Source: the human T2T-CHM13v2.0 reference genome, Homo sapiens. From it: a stretch of DNA of 64,000 bases. The position numbers and the translations under genes are program-made. This document shows positions 14,492-33,100 of this stretch, in pieces. Where the stretch lies: the NCBI RefSeq assembly GCF_009914755.1, contig NC_060933.1. The stretch is one strand, 5' to 3'. Positions within the stretch are counted from its first letter, which is position 1, and each line of letters starts with the position of its first letter. Under the pieces are notes generated by a model that was not told the origin of the DNA, did not search any database, and saw only the letters and a list, made by a program, of their open reading frames with translations.

Positions 14492-17129
14492 CTTGAGAGC
14501 AAAAATACACAATGAAAATGAGCAAGTTGATTTCTTTACAATTTTTTTAACTGCCGTTTTATATCCAGCTTCCCCCTCAAAAAAAGGAAAACATAATCTG
14601 GAGAAAGGTTAGTGATCCATATATTAAATTATGATTCTTGATATAATTAAAATATGTCCTCTGTTCTAAAAATAGATTTTATTTACCTACTTCTGCCTCC
14701 AACTGTCTAAATCTATAAAATATTCAATGAAAACTAACCTTGAGCTTTATAACAAATAGTGACAGTCAATATATTGGCAGAGCCTGACAATACTTTGCCC
14801 TCATAAATTATCTGTCCTGAAGATGAACTTAAAATTCAATTAATGGATGACATAAATTTTGTCATCTAAACTGGAAGAAAACTGATGACCTAAAACAAGG
14901 TAGAAAGATCCACTGTGTCTTTTCCGTGATCTGTCTCTGGATAAAAGTCTAATCTGCATCACTTCAAAATGGCAGTCTTGATTCCTCAGCATGGATCCAA
15001 CTTAGGAAGGTTCTATTGATTTCCTTTGCCCTAAATTTGTACAGGAAAGCCCCTACAATATATGAAAGGTATGAAAGCTAAATGTACAGAAGTCAAATAA
15101 CACAGGTGTATGTTCTTATTGAGAATAATTTTCCCAGAAAGATTAAAATATTAACAATTATAAAATCCCATTATTTTCACTCTATAGGTCCTACCTTATT
15201 GAGGTCCACATAAACTAGCAAGCCCTTAAAAATTTTCATAGGCACTCAGACACCCAAGGAGAGAGACTGCCAGAAAAAAACAGAGTCCTCATAGTTGTAC
15301 CTCTATTTCCCTAAGTACTATCTAAGTATCTTTCTTCCTATGGGCTCCCACTTCCAGATTCCACTTCTGCAGGGCTCCACAGAAGTCTCCAATCTTCAAA
15401 ACTTCAGTCTAAGAAAGCACAGATTCCTGAAAGGATGACCTCAAATGACCAGGAGTAGGAGCTCTCTATATCCCTGCTCCTGAAAAACAAGCTAACTGGA
15501 GTCTCCATCACCTGCCCCCAGCTATACACACTACCAACAACCCAACTGAACTCCATGACTGATTTGCCACCTAATCATGCCCCTGACCCAGCCCACATGG
15601 ACATGGGAAGGACATCAGTGAACTGGGAAAAGAGGTAGAGGTGAGGAGACAACTGCCCTGTGCCACACGTCTATGTAGTTCAGCAATCTCCAGCCCCTTA
15701 GTACTCCAGGGGCTCTAAGCCACCCCTTTGTAAGTCAGGATGGAAGTAGATGACACCACATTTCTATCTGCTGTAGACACTCCTTCCAGTGTCTCAAAAT
15801 GTTTTAGCATCTTTCAGTAAAATCTTCAAGTTTGTCAGTCCTTGATTTTAAAAAAATCAGCAAACTTTTTCGAGCTCCCTTGAACCTTCTATTTTAATGT
15901 GCCTTTGTAGATAATTCCCAACATCTTGTGTCCTTCTTTTTATAATTCATCTTTATCAAACTTGTCATAAACCCCAATACTTTGATCTCTTATAGGAGAG
16001 TCCATACTCCTATCCAATCCAGTGTTGTTTATCTTCAAACTTGGACTTCCCCTGCTCATTCCATTCTTATCTACTTCCATTTGGTTCACCAGCTAATTCC
16101 ATTCTCATTCTATCCGCAGACTCACTCCCGGTTGTATTATTAAAACACACGCCAATAGGACATAAAAAGAAGCAAGAGTACTGGGCTTTACCATGAGTTC
16201 AAATCTCATTTCTGCCAATTCCTATGTCTAAAAAAAAAGCATCCTAATCTTTTTGAGCCTCACATTCTGTATCTAGAGAATCACTTGACCAGAATGTTCA
16301 ACACAGGTAAAAATACTAGAAGGTATTTTAATTCATTCCAAGATTCCTTAAAATCCTGTAATTCTATGTCCTCTTGATTCTGTCTATAGAAAAACTTGGA
16401 ATACATAGCCAGCAGAGTTTGAAAAAATAATAGAACAAAAGAAACACCAAGAAAAGCAGAGAAGAAAGTTTTATAAAATGAAGACAAGATTATAGAAAAG
16501 TCATGGAAAAAGCAACAAGACTAAAAAATGTATTATGGAAGTAAGCAGAAATACTTGCCTAAATGGAAAACCAAACTGGGTAGTCAAATAATTTGTCTCT
16601 AAGACTTGCCTCAACTTGCTTTGGTAAAACTTACAGTCCTGTGGTCAAAGCTAAGTCAGATCTGCCCTAGAGCCTTTGATGGTAAAAACAAAACACTGGC
16701 TACCACTGAAATCTTCAAATTTATTAGGACTAACCACATCCTAACAATAAACTTAAATGAGAGTTCAAGGTATTTAAACTCTCATTAACTTATACATTCA
16801 TCAAATTAATGAATCTGATTAATCTGATTCAGACCTATACCTTGATCCAAGGGCTGCACAGATATCTATCAATCTATGCTGAGGAGCAAGAGAAAGGATT
16901 TGGAAGGCAGGTAGGCTGATGGTCAAACTGTAGGCCAGCTACTTTGTTAACTATGGGATCATGAGGCAATTAATCAGCTCTAATCCATAGTTGTTTATTT
17001 AAAAGTAGGTTATAGGAACACAGATGTTATGATGGCTTTATGAGATGATAAATGCATAGAACATATTAGGATGTCTAGCCCAGAATACAACACTCAACAG
17101 ATATTAGTTTCTTCCATCTATATTTTCTT

Positions 17130-19130
<2,001 letters not shown>

Positions 19131-19177
19131 CTATATTTTCTTAGTTCACATAATTTTTTAAATCTATGAAATCTTAC

Positions 19178-19208
19178 CTGACTGCAGATTCATCAGAAAT
19201 TTCAACAT
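19178..19208 (-). pseudogene. ANKRD20A: ANKRD20A-like exon 7 (31 nt)
   Basis: taatag|ATGTTGAAATTTCTGATGAATCTGCAGTCAG|gtaag; encodes (D)VEISDESAV(S), matching family DVGSSDESAVS. Confidence 0.88.
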
Positions 19209-19808
19209 CTATTAAAGAAGAAGGTAAAATGCATTTTAAATCAATAATAAATGTACAGAATATTAAAAGCATAAGAATGCACAGTGATGCATGCCTCTAA
19301 TCCAAACTACTTGAGAGGATGAGGCAGGAGGATCACTTGAGGAGCCCAGAAGTTTGAGACCAGCTTGGGAAACATAATAAAACTCTACCTTCATAAAAAA
19401 AATTGTGCACAATTGTGTGTATGCTTTAGATCCTGTTTTTTTTGTTGTTGTTGTTGTTGTTTTTGTTTTGGTTTGGTTTGGTTATTTAAAGCATAAGACG
19501 GATGCTTTGTTACAAAGCATTCCTTTGGGAGCATGCCTGCGAACTTATTAGAATTAACATTCATCATACTTATTGATAGGTAATTAATGCAGTAAGAACT
19601 CTTCCCTTTGTATTTATTAGATGCAAAGAAGAATAAATTTATTAAAATTTGGTATCTACAAGTGAACTGCAGTATAGAAGTCATCCTAGCCAAACCCTAT
19701 GAGATTGGGTAAAAATGGTATTGTTAGCAGAACAGGTGTGATGAGTCAACAGTGTCAAAGAGCATGATTTCTGGACCAAAATATGAGGGGCCATTACAGC
19801 AGAGTATA

Positions 19809-20151
19809 CAGTAGTACCCCTTATCCACTATATGCACAGAAAGACATACTTGACAAGTTTTTCTCTGCTGTCACACCACAGCAACAATCATCAACAAAGA
19901 AGGCTTCTGTGACCAAATGTGTGGAGAGTTTTTCCCCACCAACAAACAAGCAATCATTTCTGCTGATGACACAATTCAATTCTCACACCCTATCTACAGA
20001 TAACATCAGATTTAATTTAATTTATAAATTAAACTTTGTCATAGATATGTATGTATAGGGAAAAACAGCTTATGATTCAGTACTATTCATGGTTTCATGC
20101 TTCCACTGGGGGTCTTGGAATGTATCTCCCACAGTTAAGGTATAGCTACTG
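19809..20151 (+). mobile_element. MER44/Tigger7-family DNA transposon remnant with foreign internal sequence
   Basis: TA|CAGTAGTACCCCTTATCC left TIR and ...GGTCTTGGAATGTATCTCCCACAGTTAAGG...CTACTG right end. The internal ~19860-20010 resembles an LTR fragment. Confidence 0.65.
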
Positions 20152-21164
20152 CACTTATTTTGTTATAACATAACACAGCCTCTCTAGTTCTTCAGTTCAA
20201 ACTGTTTAGTTTAGAATAAAATGCGCTATCACCAGAAACCAACAAAACATAGGAATCAGACCAGAAACAGGAATCCTTGCAAAGACTTTCCAGCCACCAG
20301 TGGAGAAGATCTCGAGGGAGATCAGTGTGTTACTCTGGCTAATACTCTTCTGGGGAAGTTGCTGGGTGGTTTCCTTAGTTGTAGATATTTGCTCTGGCCT
20401 AAGTATAACAAGGCCCAAATTCACCTGCCATTTTACCTCCCACAGAAAGAACCACTGGAAAGATCACTCCTTTAAGAGCTTATCCACATTCAGAGAGAAG
20501 CTGAATAAACACTGGGGAGGTATGGCAGGGTGCCGGGCAGTATTATCTGATGTGAAAAAATATATAGAAAGAAAACTATCAATGCCCTTTTACTACCAGA
20601 ATGTTCTAATGCTTGCCCTTCTCCCTAGTAGGAAAAAAAATTTTTTTCACCTCGCATAAAGCAAAACTCCCTTGTCATCCCTTATGACAGAATCTAGTTG
20701 TAGGTGAGTCATGTCATCATAATACAGGCTGTTGTCAACCTCATCCCTCAAAGGAAGAGGATCAGTGAGGAACTTATGTATTTACCTAATAGCATTCACT
20801 GCCTGGTCTTATTTCCAACCGAAGGTAAGTATGAAAGACTTTGTGATTCCAGTTTTATAAAGTACAACCCTTTGCACTTGTCCCCTTCCATTGCTAGAGA
20901 GTCTATCTGGACCCACCTCACAGAGCAAGATGCTGCAGGTTGTGCTGTGTGGTACGGTGTGGTGTCCTTTTCCTCATCCCTTTCTATTATGTGCCACATA
21001 TCTATACAAATCATGTTTTCTAAGTATGTAAATCGTATCTCATCAGAATACACCATTCTTTACAATGATAAAGAAGCAAAAGAAAAGCAAAAGGACAAAG
21101 AACATCTTAAATGACTACATTCAACTGCCATGGAGCTTTAATTTTTTAACTATTCAAAAAGATA

Positions 21165-21605
21165 TCCACTCTTCTTATTTCAACTATATGACTCTTCTGA
21201 AAAAAGTAAAACTATGAAGACAGATTAAACATCAATGGTTGCCACAAGTTGCTAGGGAGTAAGGGAGAGATGAACAGGCATAGTATAATTTTTAGGGCAG
21301 TGAAACTGTTCTGTCGATAATATTACAGTAATAGATACATGTCACGTCATTATATATTTGTCCAAATTCACAGAATGTACAGCATCAAGAGTGAGGCCTG
21401 ATGTAAATTATGAACTTTGAGTGATTATAACGTGTCAATGTAAGTTCATCAGTTGTAACAAATGGACCACTCTGTGGTGGAAAATACTAATAATGGGGGA
21501 GGCTATGCGTGTGTGGGAGGCATGGGATATATGAGAAATCTCTGTACCTTCCTCTCAATTTTGCTGTGAACCTAAAACTGCTCTAAGAAATAAGGATATT
21601 GATTT
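21165..21605 (+). mobile_element. Old L1MC-type 3' end fragment
   Basis: Characteristic tttttagggcagtgaaactgttctg ... gagaaatctctgtaccttcctctcaattttgctgtgaacctaaaactgctcta. Confidence 0.75.
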
Positions 21606-21619
21606 AAAAAAGATATTCA

Positions 21620-22292
<673 letters not shown>

Positions 22293-22851
22293 TAAAGATA
22301 TTTACTGAACCTGTTACTATGATATATTTAAGCAAGACACGGTGACCCTAAAAATTAGAGATTATTGAAGACCAAAGTAACAACATGTGGTCATTATTTC
22401 TCAAATCAAAGTATATAAAATATATAAAATAAATAAATGTAATTGCATGCTTAGGTAAGAAAATATTGATAAAAATGATTGAACATTTTATCTTATTTCA
22501 TAATTCTAAGCAGGGATTTAGCACAATATGAAAACTAGATTATTCATGTAATCCAAATAAAAGACAATTTTTATTCTAATTTTAACTCAGAAATTATTTT
22601 GCTTATTTAATTTAACAATTTTACTGAAAGGTAAATGAGATAAATAGGACAGATAATAATTACCTGACATTGCTATGGTAACTTATATATAAATAGCTGT
22701 TCATCACCAAAAGTCAAAAAAGTAACCAGCACTGCAACTTAAGATGGATCATACAACAGAAATTAGTACCAAGTTACCTTATCTTATAATATTATGTTAT
22801 TAAAATGAAATGTTAAAACAACGCCAAAAATTAAGTTGGGGCTATACAAAG

Positions 22852-23780
<929 letters not shown>

Positions 23781-24141
23781 GATGCATTGTGTAAGATTTG
23801 TATTAAGTCGATATGATACATGTAACTGTAATCAGATGGTTATTTCACAGAATAACTTTCCCTAATCTGTTTTTCTTTTCTTTTTTTCCCTTGATATTTG
23901 ACTTGGAGATTCTTGTATTTATATATCTATCCAATTGAACAAAACCATAAAACGAATAAATGAAACAATAATGTCAGAAAATAATGTGAAATAAGCAGCA
24001 ATCCTCTTTTAACTGAATAAAAAATAGAGAATCTGGGTGATTGACAATATGTTCTACAATATGAATGTTTTTAGAAAAAAATGAAAAAGTCAATTTTCTG
24101 CAACTCAACTGGGCTTCATTCCTTATTATAATAATCGTGCA

Positions 24142-24655
24142 GGCCAGGTGCAGTGGCTCAAACTTGTAAATCCAAGCATTTTGGGAGGTTGAGGCAGGAG
24201 GATCACTTGAGACCAGAAGTTCCAGACCAGCCTCAGCAATACAGTGAGACCTCATCTATTAAACAAACAAACAAAAACAAAACAAAACAAAAAAAACCCT
24301 TAAAAAGAAACTTAGCCAAGTGTGGTAGTGCATGCCTGTAGTCGCAGCTACTTGGGAGGCTAAGGTGAAAGGATCATTTAAGGCCAGGAAGCAGAAGTTA
24401 CAGTGAGCCAAGATGGCACCACTGCATGCCAGTACTGGAAACAGAGGGAGACCCTGTATCAAAAATAAATAAACAAATAAATAATTGTGTATCAAGCCAG
24501 ATGTAACCACACAAAACTGTAGTCTCAGCTACTCAGGAGGATGAGGTAGGAGGACTGCTTGAGCCTAGGAGTTCAAGGCTACAGTGAGCTATGATTGCAC
24601 CAATGAACAGACACTGTATTCTAGCCTAGGCAACATAGAGAGACCCCATCTCCTA
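24142..24655 (+). mobile_element. AluJ-like dimer plus Alu monomer
   Basis: ggccaggtgcagtggctca... with an expanded A-rich linker; a further monomer at ~24515-24655. Confidence 0.82.
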
Positions 24656-25265
24656 TGATAATAATAATTGATTAATTGTGCATCATTCAAGTAAATTGTA
24701 TAACTGGAGAAAAACATATGATTATTGAATATACTATTATAGTCTACTACTGACCATAGAGTTCCTGTTTACTTGCTTCTAATCTTTTTCTTTGTTTCTC
24801 ATAAAACTAAAAACATGATTTAGACCCATTAAAGGCAGTTCATGGCAAAACAAGTCAAAAAGTCAAAAGAATTGCATCCAAACAGTAGGATGTGTTATCC
24901 ACCGCTCTCTATGAACAGTTGGATTTGGTCATTAAGAATCAGCAGGACTTTTAACTTTGTGCCTGTGTGCACACGTGTGTGCACATGTGCGTGTGTGTAT
25001 GTGTACGTATGTAAACTATGACAGATAAAATCATTTTGCTTCTGTAAGAATATGTAATATAACTTGTGCTTCTCATGAAGGAATTGCTTTTCCATCTTCT
25101 GTGCTCAGTAGCTATCTTAAAAAAATAATCTCCTATTTGTATGGGTGCACACTGGTTCAGTTCTACAGCTCTTATTGCCATTTATTTATGGTACCCGAAA
25201 GGGATTGCTGAGTTCCTGGTTCTAAAGACAGTTACTTTCTTAGTGACACAAATCAATATGTAATA

Positions 25266-25690
25266 CAGTTCACCCTTGAACAGCAAGGGTTTCAACTGCA
25301 GGGATTCACCTATATGCAGACTTTCTTCTGCCTCTGCAATGCAGAGACAGCAAGATCCACCTCTCCTCTTCCTCCTCAGCCTAATCAACCTGAAGATCAT
25401 AAAGACCTTTGCCAGGATCTACTAATGCTTTATGAAAAGTCAATATGTTTTTCCTGATGATTTCCTTTCTAACAGCTTCATTTCTCTAGCTTATTTTATT
25501 GTAAGAACACAGTATATCATAATCCAGCACAAATAAAATAGGTGTTCATTAACTGTTTATGTTATCAGGAAGGCTTCCAGTCAATGGTGGGCTATTAGTA
25601 GCTAAGGTGAAGGAATCAAAAGTTATACTCGGATTTTCAACTGCACAGGGATCAGGGTCCCTTACCCCCACATTATTCATGGGTCAACTG
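25266..25690 (+). mobile_element. Tigger2a/MER28 non-autonomous DNA transposon
   Basis: TA|CAGTTCACCCTTGAACA ... ATGGGTCAACTG|TA terminal inverted repeats with TA TSD; 425 bp. Confidence 0.85.
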
Positions 25691-26136
25691 TAGTTATTGT
25701 TTACTAAATGTAAACAATTTATTATAAAAATGAAATAGGAGATCCCTTTGTATAACAAGTCCAATTTGTTATAATGTGACTATAGAGGAAACATACAACA
25801 TATTAACTTAAAAATGTTTGTTCTTATTTATGCAAAAATATTATGTAGGGTTTTAGGGATGATAATTAAATAAATGAATGTTTGTAGACCATAATGTTTG
25901 AGATTATAAATTAGCTACAACTACCTTCTTAAATAAATCTGAATTTCAAACTAAAGAAGTTAAATTTAAAAAATTAATTTACATACGTATATACATATAT
26001 ACACATTCAATTTACACATATTTTTAAACTGGTCTTTTTTGACTGACACTACCTTAATCTTATGTCTTACTTCTTATTTTCTTATCAAGAGTAGGACCAC
26101 CAAGAGAATTAAGAAATTCACTCTCAGAAGCCTTAC

Positions 26137-26192
26137 CTCGTTTCTCCTTTTTAAGTATCTTCTTTTTACGTTCCAAAATTTGTTGTTGAATT
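26137..26192 (-). pseudogene. ANKRD20A: ANKRD20A-like exon 6 (56 nt)
   Basis: ag|...|gtaagg; encodes IQQQILERKKKILKKEKR. Confidence 0.92.
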
Positions 26193-26850
26193 CTACATAT
26201 ACAAAAGTAATAAATAAAATTGCTATTTTAATACTGAAATAAAAAATATTTACCAAACATATTAAATTCCAAAACCATTTCAGGCAATATCAGACCTAAT
26301 ATCAGAATTTTAATGTCCCATACACTTCAAATTTTTAAACCTTACAAGCTTATTAAGCTTATAATTAAAGAAGAAAAGAAAGTGAAGTACTCATAAATGG
26401 AGGAAGCACAGCTCAGTAAATTAACTCTAGTTAGCTGGATATCATGCAAACTGTCCTGCACTCAGAGTAAGTCCTCACTCTGTAACCAAAATACCTCGCT
26501 CTGTAGGTAATTTGTTTTCAGACAAGTTGTTTCTCTTAGGCTCCATGGTTTCTTCTAAAAAATAAGGATTCTGCTACCTTACTTCACTAGGTTGTTTAGA
26601 AGATCTAATGAGATTACATGTTTAAATGTTCAGAGAAATAGTAAAGCAATGGAATAATTTATTCTTGAACCTTATTGCTGAAATAATTTTGGAATCCCAA
26701 ATAGTGCTCCGTGTGTGTTTTTCTATAAGTTCTAATATTCAAATGTTGCAGTTTTCAGAAAATGTTATTAAGTGCTAATTTTGGTTATTACTTGCATTCA
26801 TTGTGGCTTGTAATTCAGGGCATTTTACCTATTTCATAACTTATTACTAA

Positions 26851-26853
<3 letters not shown>

Positions 26854-26907
<54 letters not shown>
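26854..26907. repeat. (TA)n microsatellite
   Basis: About 27 perfect TA units. Confidence 0.97.
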
Positions 26908-26910
<3 letters not shown>

Positions 26911-28395
26911 TTAATGAGCTCATCATTGAACTCATCAATCACACCAAGGGCAGAAAACTAATAGGTGTCAAAACCTGGCTTGGACAACTACCACTCCTTC
27001 TCTACCTCCTCAAACTCTGAGCCAGCAGATTTGTGCTTGGCTGCTGGATCTCCATGGTCCTCTCCAACTAACAGACAAGACAAAACCCTGCTTTGATTGT
27101 TTTTCAGTTCCATGAAGGAAATGCAAGTTGACATTTTCTCATTTCCAAGACATGTACTAACAACATGTAACATCCCCTTATTACTCAGCTCTGTTCCCAT
27201 TTCAGAGATCACCGTACATCAATAGTTTCACAGTGATAATCACAATTTCAATATTGCATGTCACCTGTTTTGGTTTTCCTCACACTGCTTCCTTGGAGCT
27301 ACTCAACAAATAGTCAAATGGCCCTCCTGGGACTATGCAAAATATGGAATGCTTTCTGAATTTGTGTGCCATCCCTAGGCAGTAGCCATGCTTATCTGCT
27401 CTGTATTGATCCAATTTAAAATATGTGCTGTTAAAATAATTACAAAGCCCTGTTTGATACATGGATACTCATGAGTCATGGATGAGGCTTAGCTCTGTTA
27501 AATCCAACTCACTTACTTCAGATTCAGAGAATTTTATTGAATGGCTTCCTGTGAGGTAGAATTTTAAAATATATTGAAAACTTGAGGAAGAGCTGCAAGT
27601 AGCCCAGGAGATTTTCATGATTATAGAGACACATTACTTGAGGCACCAACTGCAAGCTGGTTCCCACTACTCAGTGGAAAGATAACATGGAACATTCTGC
27701 TATCTAACCAAAGCTGCTGCACAGGATATAAAAAAGCCTCAAGGTACAGATCTGATAGCAAAAGGAAAAGGGAACTCTGATCTCTTCCTGCAGCATTATT
27801 TGAACATCCCTGACTATTGAGAACAATCCCAACTAATATTGGTTAAAGGAAAGACAAGCATGGCTCTCAAAGGATAACATCCCATGAAGGCCTAGGCAAA
27901 GTCTAGCTAAGAGGTGGACTCCAAATAAGGTTTTTAGTGTAGGATGAGCATCAATTTGCTCAATATTTGTGTGGATAAAGCTAGGAGGCCTAGCTACCAG
28001 AGCAGGGTGCTGGGAAAAATAACTGAGCACAAGTACATAAACTAATAAACACCGTAGCTTTGACCTGTATATATGAATCACCATGAAAACTGAGAGGTCT
28101 GAATCAGTGAAGGCATCCTGGTGACAAAGGTCAATCATTATCAGATTGCAGGTCCGGTTACAATGGCAATAATACAGCAAGTGATGCCATGGAAACAACA
28201 GAATGATTAGAATGCCCCTTTTTTTTTCCCTTTCTTCTGACTTGCAAAGAAAGATTGCCTTCCTTGGACTTAGGAAACCCCTTAGCTTCTTGGAAAATTC
28301 AAAGAAGGAAGACACAGGAGAGAGCCCCAGGGGAAAATACAAGATTTTCTGCTAAATTGGACATTACAAGACTCAATAACTAATTAGAAAAGTTA

Positions 28396-28494
28396 GACCA
28401 GGCATGGTGGCTAGCACTTTCAGAGGCCGAGCCAGGGGGATTACTTGAGCTCAGGAGTTCAAGACCAGCCATGACAACAGAGTGAGACCTTGTC

Positions 28495-28529
<35 letters not shown>

Positions 28530-28530
28530 A
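28396..28530 (+). mobile_element. Alu monomer (FLAM-like) with long poly(A)
   Basis: caggagttcaagaccagcc followed by ~30 A. Confidence 0.75.
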
Positions 28531-28837
28531 AGGAAAGGAAAAGAAATCAAAGATGTGGCTCTTTTTATCCAATGCATGGGGATTATACTTAGAATAAAAT
28601 GAACAACATTGAGATCCCTAGGGATAAAGGTCTCAAAAATCCAGAAAAAATCTTGCACTCTACTTCTAACTAATCTAGACTTCTGCTTGATTTCTGGCTA
28701 AAAGGGAGACTAACTCATGGCTATTTCAAACTATCTGAACCAAACTATGAACTCTCACCTAATGTGTAAGATGGAGTAGTTGCAATTATTTTAAACTTCA
28801 ATTTAGTATCAACTGGCCTTTTAACATAAACACTTAC

Positions 28838-28973
28838 TTTGTCAAATGATGAGAAATAGTGTAATCTTCTGCATCTCGTCCACACGTCTTTAGTGAAGAC
28901 ATCAATATTTTGCTTAAGAAGGATATTGACAATACCTGGTGAGTCATAGTGTATAGCAATCATGAGGGCTGAC
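28838..28973 (-). pseudogene. ANKRD20A: ANKRD20A-like exon 5 (136 nt, 2-bp deletion)
   Basis: Encodes SALMIAIHYDSPGIVNILLKQNIDVFTKD, then shifts frame; CGRDAEDYTISHHLT continues in another frame. The ag/gt sites are intact. Confidence 0.92.
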
Positions 28974-29440
28974 CTAAAATAACAAAGAAATAACCCCACT
29001 CAAGAACTTTAATATCAAAAGCTAGTTTGATACACTTTACCAGTTTAGTATCCTCCTGTCAGTATAGATGTAATAACCATTTGCATGTACTAGCTTGGGT
29101 CTATAAGCATCTAGGGTGCTCAAGTGTTCATCTTTGAAAATTGTCACCAAGGCTAAAAGAAAGGGACAACAGGGAAGCCTCTTGTCCCACTGAGGTAAGA
29201 CATAATACAAGTTGCTAACTTATAGTCCTTTGATGGCCAAGAAACTGTGCTGAGGTCACTTATGTAAAGTAGGCAAAGACTTAGATGAAGATTTCCCCAT
29301 TCCTTTCCCAGTCCAATCAGCTAGGGGTCAGATAAGAGTTATCTGCAGGCTGAAAACAACAACAACAACAATGACAATAATAATAATGACAATACTAGTA
29401 GTCATAAATGAAAAGTCCACACTTTAAAAATTAATAAAAC

Positions 29441-29843
<403 letters not shown>

Positions 29844-30017
29844 CTATTCTTTATGTTACTCAGTCCAAATATTTGCTGGTCTACCTGATTATTCGTGGTG
29901 ATATTTTTCATTATATGCCAATAATTATGTTAATCTTCTTATTAATATTTCTGACTTGAGTGACTGTTACCACTCTAGAATACTCAGGTTTTATTTTTAA
30001 AAAAAGAACGACTGTAC

Positions 30018-30124
30018 CATCTCAGCCTATCCACAGCATGTGTACTTGCTTTGGTTTTCAATAAAAATTCCACCATTTTCTCTTTCTTGCAAATTATGGT
30101 GAATAAAAGTGGGATATTATTGTC
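30018..30124 (-). pseudogene. ANKRD20A: ANKRD20A-like exon 4 (107 nt), acceptor mutated
   Basis: Encodes DNNIPLLFTIICKKEKMVEFLLKTKASTHAVDRLR. The acceptor reads ttcatgg|GAC (GG, not AG); the donor gtacag is intact. Confidence 0.92.
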
Positions 30125-33100
30125 CCATGAAACAGCACAAAAAAATTAATAATTCACAAAATTACATATTTCTCAACTGAACAGAAAATCTTCTCTGGGA
30201 TGATTTGAACTTCAACATACAATATAGAAAGGAAGTAAATGAAAAGCAGCCGCTTCCTTCTCACTCCTCTGTGCTTTCTGATGTGCTGCGCTTTGCCTTG
30301 CAACAATCCTCCTCCGTCTCCCCGGATTAACTGTGGTCATTGCCAAAACTCACTTTAAAGGTTTACCAGTCCCAAGAATCCTTGCTTTGATCACAGTACT
30401 TAGCATGGTACATTGTAATAATTTCACTGTTTCCCACTGAAACCAAGAGCTTCTTGAGGCAAGGGCTGTATCTTTTGTCTCTATAGCCCCAAAACCCGAA
30501 GACATAGTAGCAAACATTTTAAGTTTTTTTACATAAATTAATGATCTAAATTATTCTCACTAAAGCAGTGTTTCTTAAACTATATTCCAAAGAATATTTG
30601 CTTTACCAGAAGTATTATACCCCAAGAGAAAGACTCCATGACCATCTGCATTTGAGAAGTATTATAAAACTGTATGTTATGTCCAATAATCAAGAAATCT
30701 ATTGAATTTTACCTAATCTCCATTTGACAATATTATTTGTGGCAAACATTAACATTTGAGGAATTAAGAGGTTTAGGGGTACAGTTGCCAGAGTTTCCCA
30801 ATGCAGGTGGAGGTTTCTTCTGGGTGGTACAAACTTGCTTGATTCACTTCTATCAATGCTGTCAGGATCACAGATGCCAATGTCAAGCACTCCTGCTCCA
30901 AATGGGTCACTATGGAAATGAACTCTGAATTAGGAGAGATTGGCTTCAAATGCACTTATTTTCCTTATTATTAAATAGTCCATGGGTTTTTTCCCTAATA
31001 CAAGAGAACAGATTTTTATCTTTACTGTTAGAAAGCTCAGTATGTTCTGTGTAAGAGAAATAGGTTTAAAAAACTTAAGAACAAATATTTAAAAAACCAA
31101 AGCTCAGTAAGAAATACCATTCTCAATTATAATGGTAATCCCAGGACCTCAGGGCAGCTCTACTTTTTAAATCCATTTTTATTGGCTTCCACTTAAAGGG
31201 CTACTTAAAATTATTTTTTATTTTAGAGAAAATATAAATCAGAAATAAAAACATAATGGCTTATCAATAAAAGTTCTCATACTGATCCATATGAATTATT
31301 TCCGGCATAACAAAAGCCAGTAAGTCACTGGCATTTCTAAGGAAGAGCCCTGAGGAGAAAGATGTAATGTCTGCAATATTCATAAATTATCCAACTATAA
31401 CCAGGAATAACCTAAAAAGGCTTCTAGGCATTCTTATGGGCAGATAATTATTTGTGGTATATATAAAGAAAAGAGTTTCAAAACTTCTAAATTCTAAAAT
31501 TAAACTCCATAACTGAGGGATTTATATACTATATAGACTATATATTATAACAAATACGTGCTGACTTAAAAACCTTGAAATCTCTATCAAAATATACTAT
31601 AACATAGGAGTTGTAAACTCAGATACTTACAAGGACAAAGGAAGGTTGCCTGAGTAAAGGAAGTACTAAGGTGGGCACAGTAGCAAACTGGAGAATACAT
31701 GCATTCTCTAAAGGGGCAACCTCTGCACAGCAGACCAAATAGTGATAGAAACTCAGGGGACACCAGATTTGATTTTTTAGAATAAGCCTGAAGTCCAGAT
31801 TTCTACACCAGTCTTCTAAATTTTACATGTTGATTCAACTTATAGAGGCAAACAAACAAATCTGTGTACCACATTAGAATATAGCCCTTGTGTTTTTATA
31901 TTCGCCATTAATGTGTTACTAAATGGTTGTGTATAATCCAAGTATTTGCATGTAAAATATTTTCTTTCTCTAGTATCATGTTTTACCAAAAAATCAGGCT
32001 CTCATATATAATAAAAATTGCTACAAAAGACTCATAATACCTGCTTCAAGAATTTTTCCAACATTTATTCATTTAAAATATATTTGTATATAATTTTCCC
32101 AGATTGTTAACCAAATAGATAACTGGTTCATAGGACTGCCAAAACTAAATTATTAAAAGAATTCATATCTGTATTTTTATTAACTCCATGGACTTCAGTG
32201 TTTAAAACTGACATTTTGGGTATGCTAAAGCTCTATAAACTTCACAAACACACTGAGCTAGTTCATAATACAACTTCAACTAAAAAAAATAGTTTAGGAT
32301 TTGCTACTATTCTAATTGAGAAAGCCAAACTTGTAATGAACATTTGTTGACACATAATCACGTGCATGGTGACAAAGGGACATGAAATCATGAAAGGGTC
32401 AGCCTCTACTTATTGAAAGATTACCCATAAGCAAATTGCTAAAGACTCCCTGAATGTTAGTGAAGGATTAACGGTGGGAAGGAAAAGGGTGTTATTCTGT
32501 AAGCTGAGAGATATTGCCAGTAATATTTCCTTTCACTTCCCAGTCACAGATGTAGAGAAAGACAGATAAGTCAGGCTAATATTACTGAAAAGGAGAACTT
32601 TGAATGAAGTAGCACCTATCAAACACCAATTCTTCTAGACATTTCTTACGTTTTTGAGATACAGAAATTTATATGTTGCACTTATCTATTCTGGGGTTCT
32701 TAATCAGGAGTGTATCCGAAACTTGAGGGTTTTTTTTTTTTTTTTTTTGCTGTTATTGTTGTTAGAGGCAAGAGTCTCACTATGTTGCTCAAGCTGAACT
32801 TAAACTCAGGTTCAAGCTGGGACTACAGGAACATGTCACTGTGCCCACCTTCAAGAAAATGTTTTTAAAAATGTTCAGTCCTTATTAGGTCTATTACATC
32901 AAAATCCTCAGGGGAAAGCCTACAATTGTAGATTTTTAACAAAATGTCCTCAGGTCACCGTAATGCACAATTCTGAGAATTAGTGCAGCAGACAATCACT
33001 TCAGTCTCATCTCTCACCCGCATGGCTAATTCCCTTTATCAGTTGGACATGTGACCAAAAGGAGAAAAGAGTAAGAGATAGTGTCATTTATTAAAGCTCC

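Noticed and set aside
27833-28342. 169-aa minus-strand intronic ORF
   Set aside because: No recognisable homology or domain; consistent with a chance ORF in intron 5.
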